Source: a virus (Duplodnaviria > Caudoviricetes). From it: a DNA stretch of 25,489 nt. Positions within the stretch are counted from its first letter, which is position 1. Each line of letters opens with the position of its first letter. The stretch is taken from IMG/VR virus record IMGVR_UViG_3300035492_000021, positions 1 through 25,489 of that record; one strand, 5' to 3'. The translations under genes and the position numbers were made by a program. The notes under the pieces were generated by a model. The model worked only from the letters and a program-made list of their open reading frames with translations, was not told the origin of the DNA and ran no database searches. Below, one piece after another: positions 25,084 through 25,489 of this stretch.

Positions 25084-25100
25084 CTGCCTGGAGTAGTTCC

Positions 25101-25489
25101 ATGACCCTCTCTGAAATACGGGAGCGAGCCATAGCGCCCGCTCTCGCGCTGCTGCCTGCGCGGATGTCGAGCCGAGAGGCTGAGATCATGCTGCTGGCTA
25201 TCGGGCTGCAGGAGTCGCTTTTTGTCCACCGTCGCCAGATGGGAAATGGCCCGGCCAAGTCGTTCTGGCAGGGGGAGCTCGGCGGCGGGATGGTGGCCGG
25301 AGTTCGCACCCATGAGGCGACCGAGGCCCATGCCGCAGCGCTGTACCGCGCCCGCGGCGTATCGCCTGACAACCGATCGATCTGGAATGCCATTGAGCAT
25401 GACGACGTGCTGGCCGCTGGGCTGGCTCGCCTTCTGCTCTGGAGCGATCCGGGCCGGCTGCCGGGCGAGGATGACGTCGAAGGCGCCTG
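25101..25489 (+). CDS. putative endolysin, lysozyme-like fold (3' truncated by the window edge)
   Basis: Manual translation MTLSEIRERAIAPALALLPARMSSREAEIMLLAIGLQES...GPAKSFWQGE...LARLLLWSDP. The helix-QES (catalytic Glu) and GPA..WQ motifs are present. GGAG SD. Confidence 0.7.
   Translation, partial: MTLSEIRERAIAPALALLPARMSSREAEIMLLAIGLQESLFVHRRQMGNGPAKSFWQGELGGGMVAGVRTHEATEAHAAALYRARGVSPDNRSIWNAIEHDDVLAAGLARLLLWSDPGRLPGEDDVEGA

Noticed and set aside
1-25489. CRISPR array, IS element, intron or intein
   Set aside because: No regularly spaced repeats or transposase motifs were seen, and terminase, portal and capsid are of normal length and uninterrupted.

Overview
The window is the late region of a temperate lambdoid siphophage or prophage. 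The host is probably Pseudomonas/Stutzerimonas, inferred from the high GC and the style of the gene families. Almost everything is on the + strand, in this order: a partial DUF559/Vsr-like nuclease, an HTH-metallophosphoesterase, a Q-type antiterminator with a pR'/tR'-like promoter and terminator, a structured leader, holin-type membrane genes, a lone antisense moron, an HNH nuclease, the cos region, terminase small and large subunits, an HK97-type portal, ClpP protease and capsid, head-tail joining genes, and the major tail protein. Next come a two-gene moron island, a tail chaperone with a -1 frameshift, the tape measure, tail-tip genes, an unusually segmented multi-gene tail-fibre locus, and the start of an endolysin. 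Two candidates stand out. (1) A compact module at about 12.02-12.35 kb with the architecture of a type I toxin-antitoxin system: a small hydrophobic ORF missed by the ORF track, a sense promoter, an antisense TATAAT pointing at a bidirectional terminator, and 5'-3' pairing. (2) A chained and possibly branched fibre built from short proteins with matching C-terminal DGGx(F/Y) and N-terminal KRS...GELA motifs, plus a miniature S74-chaperone fibre/adhesin pair. All family assignments come from motif recognition and synteny; no database search was run.
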